Positions 27,458 to 35,101 of a DNA stretch of 64,000 nt are shown here, in pieces. The DNA lies in assembly GCA_002309335.1 (NCBI GenBank), contig DBXH01000007.1, positions 4,974 through 68,973 on the forward strand, in the 5' to 3' direction. This DNA is from Bacteroidales bacterium UBA1217. GTDB taxonomy: Bacteria; Bacteroidota; Bacteroidia; Bacteroidales; P3. Each line of letters begins with the position of its first letter. The stretch's first letter is position 1. The notes beneath the pieces are model-generated. The model searched no databases. It was not told where the DNA came from and saw nothing but the letters and a program-made list of their open reading frames with translations. Position numbers and translations under genes: made by a program.

Positions 27458-29035
27458 ATGAATCAGAAACAGGAAAATCAAAAGGCTCCGCAACTCAGCA
27501 TACTTTGGGCCGACGACGAGATAGATCTCTTAAAACCGCATATATTATTTCTTGAAGAAAAAGGATACCGGGTGATACCTGTAACATCGGGTTCGGAGGC
27601 TTTGGACGAACTTGCCGACTCGGATATCGACATCGTTTTCCTCGATGAGAATATGCCAGGATTGAGCGGACTTGACACCCTATCGGAAATCAAACGCCAA
27701 TATCCGCGTGTGCCGGTGATAATGATCACCAAGAGCGAAGAGGAACATATTATGGATGAGGCCCTTGGCGGAAAGATATCGGACTATCTTATCAAGCCGG
27801 TCAATCCCAACCAGATACTTCTTACGGTGAAAAAGCACACCGAGGCTCGTCGACTTGTGAGCGAGAAGTCCACTTTCAGCTATCAGCAGCAATTTCGTGA
27901 CATCAGTATGCAACTGTCTGACAGATTGGATGCCGACGAGTGGATTGAGTTATACAAGAAATTGGTCTATTGGGATCTGGAACTCGCAACGACAGAGGAT
28001 GATAACATCCACGATATCTTCAAGTCGCAGAAGGAAGAGGCTAACCAGCTGTTCTGCCGTTTTTACGAGAAAAACTATATCGATTGGGTCAACGATGTGA
28101 AAGAGAAACCATTAATCTCGCCTACTGTGGTGCGTGAGCGTCTTTTCCCTTTGTTGGAGGAGGACCGCCCAACGTTTATGATTGTAATCGACAACTTCCG
28201 CTACGACCAATGGAAATATATCCAGCCGCTTATAGAACAGTATCTACGCACCGACCGCGACGAGATATACTATAGCATTATCCCCACAACGACCCAGTTT
28301 GCCCGCAACTCGATGTTTTCGGGACTTATGCCTGCCGAGATTGAACGCAAATATCCGCAGTATTGGGTCAATGAGGACGAGGAAGGTTTTAAGAATCAGT
28401 TTGAATCGGAACTGATGGGCGAGAATCTGCGCCGGCATGGGTTCAATATCAAGCACACCTATAACAAGGTTCTCAACGCGCAACACGGCAAACGTCTGGT
28501 CGACAGCCTTCCGAACCTGATGAACAACAAACTGAACATCATCATTTACAACTTTATTGATATGCTCTCGCACGCCCGCACCGACAGCAATATTGTCCGT
28601 GAACTGGCCGAAGATGAACGCGCCTACCGCTCTGTGACTCTTTCGTGGATGGAGTATTCGCCGTTGCTCGAGGTTATCAAGTTCCTGAGTGGTAAGGATG
28701 TCAATGTGGTCATTACCACCGACCACGGTTCGGTGCGTATCGACAACCCTGTGCGCATCAAGGGCGACCGCGACATATCGGTTAACCTGCGCTACAAACA
28801 GGGACGTCTCATCGACTACAATCCCAAACAGGTGTTCGAAGTCAAGGAGCCACGCAAGATATTCCTTCCAAAACGTTATATCACATCACCTTACATCTTT
28901 GCCCACAACAACGACTTCTTTGCCTACCCAAACAACTACAACCAGTATGTTCAGTACTATATGAACACTTTCCAGCACGGCGGCATCTCAATGGAGGAGA
29001 TACTGATACCGTTCATCACCCTGCGGAACAAATAA
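27458..29035 (+). CDS. porX: PorX-type response regulator: CheY-like receiver fused to a PglZ/alkaline-phosphatase-superfamily domain
   Basis: ILWADDEIDLLKPHILFLEEKGYRV...VFLDENMPGLSG...MITKSEEE (receiver), a helical linker, then a PglZ-like region (VIDNFRYDQW ... TDHGS). Length 525 aa matches the PorX architecture. Confidence 0.75.
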   Translation: MNQKQENQKAPQLSILWADDEIDLLKPHILFLEEKGYRVIPVTSGSEALDELADSDIDIVFLDENMPGLSGLDTLSEIKRQYPRVPVIMITKSEEEHIMDEALGGKISDYLIKPVNPNQILLTVKKHTEARRLVSEKSTFSYQQQFRDISMQLSDRLDADEWIELYKKLVYWDLELATTEDDNIHDIFKSQKEEANQLFCRFYEKNYIDWVNDVKEKPLISPTVVRERLFPLLEEDRPTFMIVIDNFRYDQWKYIQPLIEQYLRTDRDEIYYSIIPTTTQFARNSMFSGLMPAEIERKYPQYWVNEDEEGFKNQFESELMGENLRRHGFNIKHTYNKVLNAQHGKRLVDSLPNLMNNKLNIIIYNFIDMLSHARTDSNIVRELAEDERAYRSVTLSWMEYSPLLEVIKFLSGKDVNVVITTDHGSVRIDNPVRIKGDRDISVNLRYKQGRLIDYNPKQVFEVKEPRKIFLPKRYITSPYIFAHNNDFFAYPNNYNQYVQYYMNTFQHGGISMEEILIPFITLRNK

Positions 29036-29118
29036 ACTCGATTTATAGGTTGTTGTAAGCCTGCAACGTGCTTTGACAATTGGTCGCTCAGACCCGCCGC
29101 AACGGGTAAAACCTACTT

Positions 29119-30663
29119 TTAATCGACCTTTTTGTCGTCTCGCCATGTCCCGTCTTCGTAACTCCCGTCGGGCTTGATTAATTTTCCTATGCCATTCCGT
29201 TTGCCGTTATCCCATTTGCCAAACCATACAGTTCCATTTTCCCATATATACAAACCCCATCCGCATCTCTTTCCTTTCTTGGTTTCTCCGACATATTTGT
29301 CGCCACTGTCATAGTTTATTGTCTTGAATGCCCACTCATAAAAGTTATTGCTACAGGGGTATGCCCCTGCAGGGTAACCATCTTTTTTTATACTACCGTC
29401 ATATATTAACTTGCCGTTCTTGTCGTACATTCGGGCATAATCGCATACAGGATCAAATTCGTGAAAATCACGTTTCATTTTGCTAACAATGAAAAATGCA
29501 TTTGGAAAACGGCGATAAAGCTCTTTTTCATTTAAAAAGATAGTGGCAATTTCTCCACTACCCGTTAACCTTTTTCTGTTGGTATAGTGAATGTAGTTTA
29601 ACTCAATCTTGTTGTTGTAATAATATGTTAAATAAAATCCATCATCGCTTCCTCCTGAACCGTACCAGAAATAATCATTGCTTTTTTGCTGTGCTTTAGG
29701 CTCTAATTTCATCAACAGATCAGTCCAGGGTCTTCCGACGCGTGCTTTGCGTAATTCTTCGGCTTTTTTATGGTCTTCTTCTTCCTTGATAGTATTCCCT
29801 GACAGCTTTTCTGCCATCTCAGACGCTACGGCCACCACGTTTTGTGAATTGCCAAGCTGCTTGTCTTCAGCGTTGTAGCTATTGACAATCTCGGCGGTTG
29901 AGACGTTGATCAGGCGGGCCGAGATGAAATAGGAGCCGCCCCAAGCGGTGGTCTTGGCAGCACAGACATACTGTACGCCGAACTGCTTAGCCAAGCGGAT
30001 AAGGTCTTCGTCATCTACTGCACCCGACTGTTGGTAGCCCTGCTCCTTCGACAACTGCGCGAGAAAACTGTTGGTGCGCTCGATGGCCAAGTATTTGCCG
30101 CTGCGGGCAAAGCCGGCCACAAGCTGGTCGCCGAGAATGATGTCCACGTCGCGGTTGCCGGTCCGAGACACATAGACGGCCACCTTCTTGGCACTGGCCG
30201 ACTTGTTGTAATCCAACGTCTTCAGAAGGCTCTCCGACAAACCGTTCATCGCACCGACCAGTGCTTTGGGGTTGGTTATGGAGCCGTTAGAGCTTCCTGT
30301 GGCCACCACTTCGGCACTCTCGGCATCGATGATGCGGGCAGTGATGTATTTCTCGTTCCGCCACACGTCAAGCACCGATGCCACGCAGACATACTGCACG
30401 CCGAACTGACGTCCCAACTCGGCAATCTCATTGTCGTCAACAGCGCCTTCGCGCTCGTACGAGTGCTCTTTCGACAGGGCTTTCAGGAAGCTGGCCGAAC
30501 GCTCGATGGCTGTGTACTGGCCGTTTTTGGCCAGGCCGTCCACCAAGCGGTTGCCTACAATCTCGTTTACTGGGTCGTTGCCCGTCATATACACAGCCAC
30601 CTTTTTCTGCGCAAAGGCAGACAAGGAGAGCGCCATCAGAAAGAGGGTAAAGATTTTCTTCAT
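29119..30663 (-). CDS. Secreted protein with a duplicated N-terminal ~150-aa module and C-terminal MORN-like repeats
   Basis: Signal peptide. Two copies of KKVAVY...G..LV.G.A..G.Y.AIER...FL..LSKE..Y...GAVDD....L.(R/K)QFGVQYVC. The C-terminus YVGETKKGKRCGWGLYIWENGTVWFGKWDNGKRNGIGK is MORN-like. Confidence 0.6.
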   Translation of the reverse strand: MKKIFTLFLMALSLSAFAQKKVAVYMTGNDPVNEIVGNRLVDGLAKNGQYTAIERSASFLKALSKEHSYEREGAVDDNEIAELGRQFGVQYVCVASVLDVWRNEKYITARIIDAESAEVVATGSSNGSITNPKALVGAMNGLSESLLKTLDYNKSASAKKVAVYVSRTGNRDVDIILGDQLVAGFARSGKYLAIERTNSFLAQLSKEQGYQQSGAVDDEDLIRLAKQFGVQYVCAAKTTAWGGSYFISARLINVSTAEIVNSYNAEDKQLGNSQNVVAVASEMAEKLSGNTIKEEEDHKKAEELRKARVGRPWTDLLMKLEPKAQQKSNDYFWYGSGGSDDGFYLTYYYNNKIELNYIHYTNRKRLTGSGEIATIFLNEKELYRRFPNAFFIVSKMKRDFHEFDPVCDYARMYDKNGKLIYDGSIKKDGYPAGAYPCSNNFYEWAFKTINYDSGDKYVGETKKGKRCGWGLYIWENGTVWFGKWDNGKRNGIGKLIKPDGSYEDGTWRDDKKVD

Positions 30664-30721
30664 ATTGGAATACTTGTTTTTATATGCTTGGTAGAAAGGT
30701 TATTTGCTCAAATTCAATCTG

Positions 30722-30752
30722 CAAAAGTACAACTTTTCTGCGAATTGGCAAA
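30722..30752 (-). promoter_or_regulatory. Promoter (TTTG-N19-TACTTTTG) of the 29119-30663 gene
   Basis: CAAAAGTA at 30722-30729 and CAAA at 30749-30752 on the plus strand. Confidence 0.65.
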
Positions 30753-30841
30753 ATCTTTCTGCAAAAAAAAAACGACAAGCCCGTGTGTAGGCTCAGTACC
30801 GACTCAGGTTGTTGCTTTTGGATATTGGAAGGAAAGGGGGC

Positions 30842-31249
30842 TTAATTCTGCTTGTCGTATTGCTGCACACGGGCTTTGACATCGTCGGGTATGACGGCGC
30901 TGGCGCCTGTAGCGCGGTCGAAGCCTGACATTACGGTAGTGCAGGTGGCATAGGGTTGCTCGGTTACAGTATTGACAATCTGCTGTTTGACACGCAGGCT
31001 TTTGTGACCCCAGTTTGATACGAAAGAGGTTACGGCGATGCTGTCGCTCCAGCGTATCTGGCTATGGAAATCGACCTCTAAATGTACAACCATTACACAG
31101 AAGTTGCCTTCGTCGGGCCTTACGGGTATGCCGGCATCGGCAAAATAGTGGGCCTTGCCAAGGTCGAAGAACTCCATAATGACAGCATTGTTGATGTGTC
31201 CCATCATATCGATGTCGTTGAATCTGATTTGTAATGGAAGGGTGTGCAT
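30842..31249 (-). CDS. Acyl-CoA thioesterase (hotdog fold, 4HBT/YbgC-like)
   Basis: 135 aa. LQIRFNDIDMMGHINNAVIMEFFD is a typical 4HBT N-terminus. Confidence 0.75.
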   Translation of the reverse strand: MHTLPLQIRFNDIDMMGHINNAVIMEFFDLGKAHYFADAGIPVRPDEGNFCVMVVHLEVDFHSQIRWSDSIAVTSFVSNWGHKSLRVKQQIVNTVTEQPYATCTTVMSGFDRATGASAVIPDDVKARVQQYDKQN

Positions 31250-31336
31250 AATAAGGGTTGGAAAGGTTAAAAAGGTTTAAAGGGTTAAAAAGGTTTGAAG
31301 GGTTTAAAGGGTTGGGGAGGGTAAAGAGGTGGAATG
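31250..31336 (-). repeat. G-free (in mRNA sense) 86-nt spacer built of degenerate ACCCTTTAA-like 9-mers
   Basis: The plus strand from 31250 to 31335 contains no C. In mRNA sense it reads ...CCAACCCTTTAAACCCTTCAAACCTTTTTAACCCTTTAAACCTTTTTAACCTTTCCAACCCTTAT-ATG. It fills the whole gap between the kinase stop and the thioesterase start. Confidence 0.85.
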
Positions 31337-32188
31337 TTATTTTTTCTTTAGAGAGAAGAAGAATTCGAGGCCGCCTGCGTCGCGGTTGCGGACGTAGATG
31401 TCGCCTCCGTGAAAGAGTACGGCGTGCTTGACGATTGAGAGTCCAAGTCCGGTGCCGCCCGTCTTGCGGCTGCGCCCTTCGTCGATACGAAGGAATCGGT
31501 CGAAAAGGCGAGTCAGATAACTCGGGTCTACACCGGCACCGGTGTCATAGTAACGCAAAAAGTAGCGTTCGCTGTCCTGCTTGTAACACTCGATGCCGAT
31601 TTCAATATTGTCGCCGGCATAAAGGATAGTGTTTTCAATCAAGTTGCGGAATATTGAATAGACAAGGCTGTGGTTGCCGAGAATGGCGGTGGGAGTTTGT
31701 AAGTCATTATTGACTTTGATGTTGTGGCTGCGGCATTGCTCTTCAAGTTCGGTGATGGCCTCATTTGCTATATTGCTGACCGATATTTCCTCTTTTGGGA
31801 AGAGGTCGGACGACTCTTCGAGCTTGTTGATAAGCGCCACATCGTTGATGAGGTCGGAGAGGCGGAGCGTCTGCGAGTAGCATCGCTCAAGGAAAAACTG
31901 TTTCTTTGTTTCCTCTACAGTCTTGCCGCTGAGGAGTATTTCAAGATAGCCGCGAATGCTGCTGACGGGAGTCTTAAGCTCGTGCGCTATGTTGTTGGTC
32001 ATCTCCTGCTTGAGCTGTCGGTTGTGCTCCTGCTCTTGGATTATCTGTTGTTTCGACTGCTCGAGCGAGTTGGCGAGTTCCTTAAGCTGACGTATTAGTT
32101 TGCGCTGCCTCAGGTGATTCCATACGAGATAGAATATTAGCAGCAGCACCAATGTGGCTATGATATATGCTCCTAGGGGAATGCTCAT
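31337..32188 (-). CDS. Sensor histidine kinase (HisKA + HATPase_c) with a single N-terminal TM helix and no extracytoplasmic sensor domain
   Basis: MSIPLGAYIIATLVLLLIFYLVW (TM), H-box NNIAHELKTPVSSI, then N, G1 and G2 boxes (FRNLIENT, DTGAG, GTGLGLSIV). I prefer the ATG at 32188, 4 nt after the regulator stop; the track start 32260 overlaps the regulator. Confidence 0.85.
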   Translation of the reverse strand: MSIPLGAYIIATLVLLLIFYLVWNHLRQRKLIRQLKELANSLEQSKQQIIQEQEHNRQLKQEMTNNIAHELKTPVSSIRGYLEILLSGKTVEETKKQFFLERCYSQTLRLSDLINDVALINKLEESSDLFPKEEISVSNIANEAITELEEQCRSHNIKVNNDLQTPTAILGNHSLVYSIFRNLIENTILYAGDNIEIGIECYKQDSERYFLRYYDTGAGVDPSYLTRLFDRFLRIDEGRSRKTGGTGLGLSIVKHAVLFHGGDIYVRNRDAGGLEFFFSLKKK

Positions 32189-32192
32189 AATG

Positions 32193-32882
32193 CTATTTGT
32201 TTTCTGTTGATGGAACAAAAGTGTAGCCGAATCCAGAGTGGTTGACAATATTGTCGGCATAAGGTCCCAGTTTCTTCCGCAGTCGCGCTATGTGGACGTC
32301 GACCGAGCGGTCGCTGATGTAGATGTTGTCATCCCATACAGCGTTGATGACCTCTTGTCGGGTAAAGTGATTGCCAGTGTTTTGAAGCAGCAATGCGAGG
32401 ATGTCGTATTCCTTTTTGGTCAGCTGTGCCGGGATGCCGTCAATGGTAACGGTTTTGTGCTGGGTGTCGACGGCCAATCCGCCGCAGTTGTAGGTCGCCT
32501 GTTGCCCGGTTTTGTTGACGCTGGAGCGTTTCAGGACAGCTTTGACGCGAGCCAAGACTGTGGGGAAAGAGAAAGGCTTGGTGATATAGTCGTCGGCGCC
32601 GACACTAAACCCTTTAAGCATATCCTCTTCAGCGTTGCGTGCGGTGAGGAATATTATCGGTGTGTTGTCGCCGCGACTACGCATAAGGCGTGCCATCTCG
32701 ATGCCCGACATACGTTCCATCATTACGTCGAGAAGGATAAGTTCGAATTGCTCTCCGCCATCGATAAGGCCAAGTGCATCCTCGGCGCTGTAGGCGCACT
32801 TGGAGGAAAACCCTTCGCTTTCAAGATTGAAGCTTAGGATTTCGCATAAATCTGGCTCATCATCGACGATTAGCAGGCGCAT
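32193..32882 (-). CDS. OmpR/PhoB-family response regulator (receiver + winged helix)
   Basis: MRLLIVDDEPD...LLDVMM...FLTA...KGF.VGADDYITKPF, then LTKKEYDILALLL...VDVHIARLRKKL. Confidence 0.9.
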   Translation of the reverse strand: MRLLIVDDEPDLCEILSFNLESEGFSSKCAYSAEDALGLIDGGEQFELILLDVMMERMSGIEMARLMRSRGDNTPIIFLTARNAEEDMLKGFSVGADDYITKPFSFPTVLARVKAVLKRSSVNKTGQQATYNCGGLAVDTQHKTVTIDGIPAQLTKKEYDILALLLQNTGNHFTRQEVINAVWDDNIYISDRSVDVHIARLRKKLGPYADNIVNHSGFGYTFVPSTENK

Positions 32883-32939
32883 ATTTTGATTAGAAATTAG
32901 GTGTTAGTGATTTGAGGCTTAGGTCTTTGTGGTGAGATA

Positions 32940-32954
32940 CGCATAAATTATGCG
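32940..32954. promoter_or_regulatory. Perfect palindrome CGCATAA-A-TTATGCG upstream of the two-component operon
   Basis: Read directly; 7-bp arms. It lies 58 nt upstream of the regulator ATG (32882). Confidence 0.4.
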
Positions 32955-32957
32955 TAA

Positions 32958-32999
32958 ACCCAGAATTACCCTAGAAGAGACCCAGAACTAACCCAAAGG
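32958..32999 (-). repeat. Four phased direct repeats (gene sense TTTGGGT / TTCTGGGT / TTCTAGGGT / TTCTGGGT, spacing 10-12 bp)
   Basis: Plus strand ACCCAGAA at 32958, ACCCTAGAA at 32968, ACCCAGAA at 32980 and ACCCAAAGG at 32991. Candidate binding array for an OmpR-type regulator. Confidence 0.7.
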
Positions 33000-33024
33000 A
33001 ATAAGGGTGTCGCTCCTGAATAAA

Positions 33025-33480
33025 TTATTGGTTGAGCAGATTCTTGACGATTTCGGAGACAACGCGGTTGTCGGCTTTGCCTGCAAAACGTTTGGATGCC
33101 TGTCCCATCACTTTGCCCATATCCTTAGGTGAGGAGGCGCCAACTTCGGCGATTATTTCCTTTACGGCTTGTTCGATTTCCTCTTTGCTCATCTGTTTGG
33201 GCAGATAACGCTCGATGATGCTTGCCTGGAAGAGCTCTTCGTCGGCCAGGTCCTGACGGCTCTGCTGCACATAGATGTCGGCGGCCTCTTTGCGCTGTTT
33301 CACAAGTTTCTGCAGCATAGCGATTTCGGCAGTTTCGGACACTTCGCCGTTCACAGCGTCTTTGCCGGTCTTGAGTAGGAGTATTGCCGACTTGATGGCG
33401 CGGAGCGATTCGAGGACATCTTTCTGCTTGTTGAGCATAGCCTGCTTGATGTCGTTGTTTATTTGAAGTTCGAGACTCAT
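33025..33480 (-). CDS. GatB/YqeY domain protein
   Basis: 151 aa. LELQINNDIKQAMLNKQKDVLESLRAIKSAIL...YLPKQMSKEEIEQAVKEIIAEVGASSPKDMGKVMG matches the family pattern. Confidence 0.85.
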   Translation of the reverse strand: MSLELQINNDIKQAMLNKQKDVLESLRAIKSAILLLKTGKDAVNGEVSETAEIAMLQKLVKQRKEAADIYVQQSRQDLADEELFQASIIERYLPKQMSKEEIEQAVKEIIAEVGASSPKDMGKVMGQASKRFAGKADNRVVSEIVKNLLNQ

Positions 33481-33508
33481 AGTGTTTTGGTTTTAAAGGG
33501 TTTAATAA

Positions 33509-33533
33509 CAAAAAAGGGAAGTGTTTACTTCCC
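33509..33533 (-). terminator. Rho-independent terminator after tRNA-Phe
   Basis: GGGAAGT-gttt-ACTTCCC, followed on the minus strand by a T-run (plus strand A6). Confidence 0.7.
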
Positions 33534-33540
33534 TCGTTTG

Positions 33541-33613
<73 letters not shown>

Positions 33614-33638
33614 ATCGTCTCATTTCTGAAATCGGGTG

Positions 33639-33669
33639 CAAAAGTACAACTATTTTCAAAATTGGCAAA
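33639..33669 (-). promoter_or_regulatory. Promoter of tRNA-Phe (TTTG-N19-TACTTTTG)
   Basis: CAAAAGTA at 33639-33646 and CAAA at 33666-33669. About 35 nt are nearly identical to the promoter at 30722-30752. Confidence 0.7.
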
Positions 33670-33747
33670 ATTATTTTTATTAATCGCCTTATTGTTTTTT
33701 TTGTTTTTGTTGATTTACAGCTGTTTGACTTTTAAAAAAACTTTTCG

Positions 33748-34446
33748 TCAGTCAGAAATATCAGTCGTGTTGCCGGTTGTTTCGGCGGTGTTTTCTGCAG
33801 AAATCGACTCTGTTTTATCTTCGTTTTTATTGGGACAAAGCCACAACTGGTCGATGATGAGCAGGGCGACTCCGGTGCATACGGCAGAATCGGCAATGTT
33901 GAAGATTGCGCCAAAGAATTCGGCACTTTTGCCGGCGAGGAAAGGCATCCAGGAAGGCCAAGTCCAATGGCAGATCGGGAAATAGAACATATCGACAACG
34001 CGTCCGAAAAGCAGCGGAGCATAACCTCCGTCGGAGGGGAAGAGGGTTGCGATATGGTCGAATGAACTTTGGTCGAAGATTATGCCATAGAAGCAGCTGT
34101 CCACGAGGTTGCCGACGGCGCCTACGAGAATGAGCACGATGCTGATCAAGAGTGAGTAGCGAGTATCTTTCTTTATTTGTTTTACAAGGATGATGATGAT
34201 GACGACCGATGCGATAAGCCTGAAAAGTGTGAGGCAGAGTTTGCCGGCTTTCTCTCCGAGCGACAATCCGAATGCGATGCCCTCGTTCTCAACGAAATGC
34301 AGCCGGCACCAGTCGCCGATAAGATTCACCTCGTCGCCAATGGCAAAGTGGGTTTTTATCCAGATTTTGAGTACCTGGTCGGCGATGAGGATAATGGAGA
34401 ATATTGCGGCGCAAATCCAAGTCTTCTGTATTATTGTTTTATTCAT
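33748..34446 (-). CDS. lspA: Lipoprotein signal peptidase (signal peptidase II) with an extended C-terminal tail
   Basis: ADQVLKIWI...FHFVENEGIAFG...GAVGNLVDS..YG.V.D.F motifs. About 60 extra C-terminal residues. Confidence 0.85.
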   Translation of the reverse strand: MNKTIIQKTWICAAIFSIILIADQVLKIWIKTHFAIGDEVNLIGDWCRLHFVENEGIAFGLSLGEKAGKLCLTLFRLIASVVIIIILVKQIKKDTRYSLLISIVLILVGAVGNLVDSCFYGIIFDQSSFDHIATLFPSDGGYAPLLFGRVVDMFYFPICHWTWPSWMPFLAGKSAEFFGAIFNIADSAVCTGVALLIIDQLWLCPNKNEDKTESISAENTAETTGNTTDISD

Positions 34447-34528
34447 TTTATGATTTTAAAGTTTAAGAGCTTGTTTTATAGGTGTATAGTTGTGGATGTG
34501 AAAATGTTGTTGTTTTGCAAAAATACGA

Positions 34529-35101
34529 TTATTTTTGATTTTGATAGTTTTCGCATTGTTCCACGAGTTCATCGTACCACTCTTGTCCGAAGCGGCGGAT
34601 GAGAGGCTCTTTGAGGTATATGTAAAGCGGTTGGCCGCATTCTTTGCCTTTGTTTACGGCGCAGCGGCAGATATCCCATTCGTGATAGTTTACGGCTTTG
34701 AATTCGCCAAAATCCTCTATGCGAACAGGATAGAGATGACACGAGATGGGTTTCTGGAAGTCGATCTTTCCATCGCGATAGGCTTTCTCGATAGCGCATA
34801 ATGTGACGCCGTTCTCGGATATTGCGTAGGCGCATTCGCGGTTGTTGACCAGTGGCGTACAAGGCAGTTTGTCGACATCGAGCGAGGAGACGCCTTCGCG
34901 CTCAACGGCTTCTATACCTTCGGGAGTCATATATGGTTTTACCTCAGGATATATGTGTTCAAGGATGGGTATTTCCTCTTTGTCGAGCGGTGCCCCGCAG
35001 TCGCCTTCAACGCAGCAGGTACCCTTGCATTGCGCCAAATCGCAGCAGAAACGCAGGTCGGCAAGATTGTCGGAAATTATGCAGTTGTCAACGATTAGCA
35101 T
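34529..35101 (-). CDS. DUF3109 family Cys-rich protein
   Basis: MLIVDNCIISDNLADLRFCCDLAQCKGTCCVEGDCGAPL is the family's typical N-terminus. The ATG at 35101 overlaps the upstream stop by 7 nt; the track start 35164 lies inside the upstream gene. Confidence 0.75.
   Translation of the reverse strand: MLIVDNCIISDNLADLRFCCDLAQCKGTCCVEGDCGAPLDKEEIPILEHIYPEVKPYMTPEGIEAVEREGVSSLDVDKLPCTPLVNNRECAYAISENGVTLCAIEKAYRDGKIDFQKPISCHLYPVRIEDFGEFKAVNYHEWDICRCAVNKGKECGQPLYIYLKEPLIRRFGQEWYDELVEQCENYQNQK

Noticed and set aside
27458-29035. PglZ domain as an indicator of a BREX-type phage defence system
   Set aside because: The domain is fused to a CheY receiver (PorX architecture). No BREX partners (methyltransferase, BrxC/PglY ATPase, BrxL) are nearby.
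31250-31336. Telomere-like repeat (GGGTTTA resembles plant-type TTTAGGG)
   Set aside because: The units are degenerate and the tract is internal to a bacterial operon. The resemblance is superficial. I kept only the G-free-leader and G4 observations.
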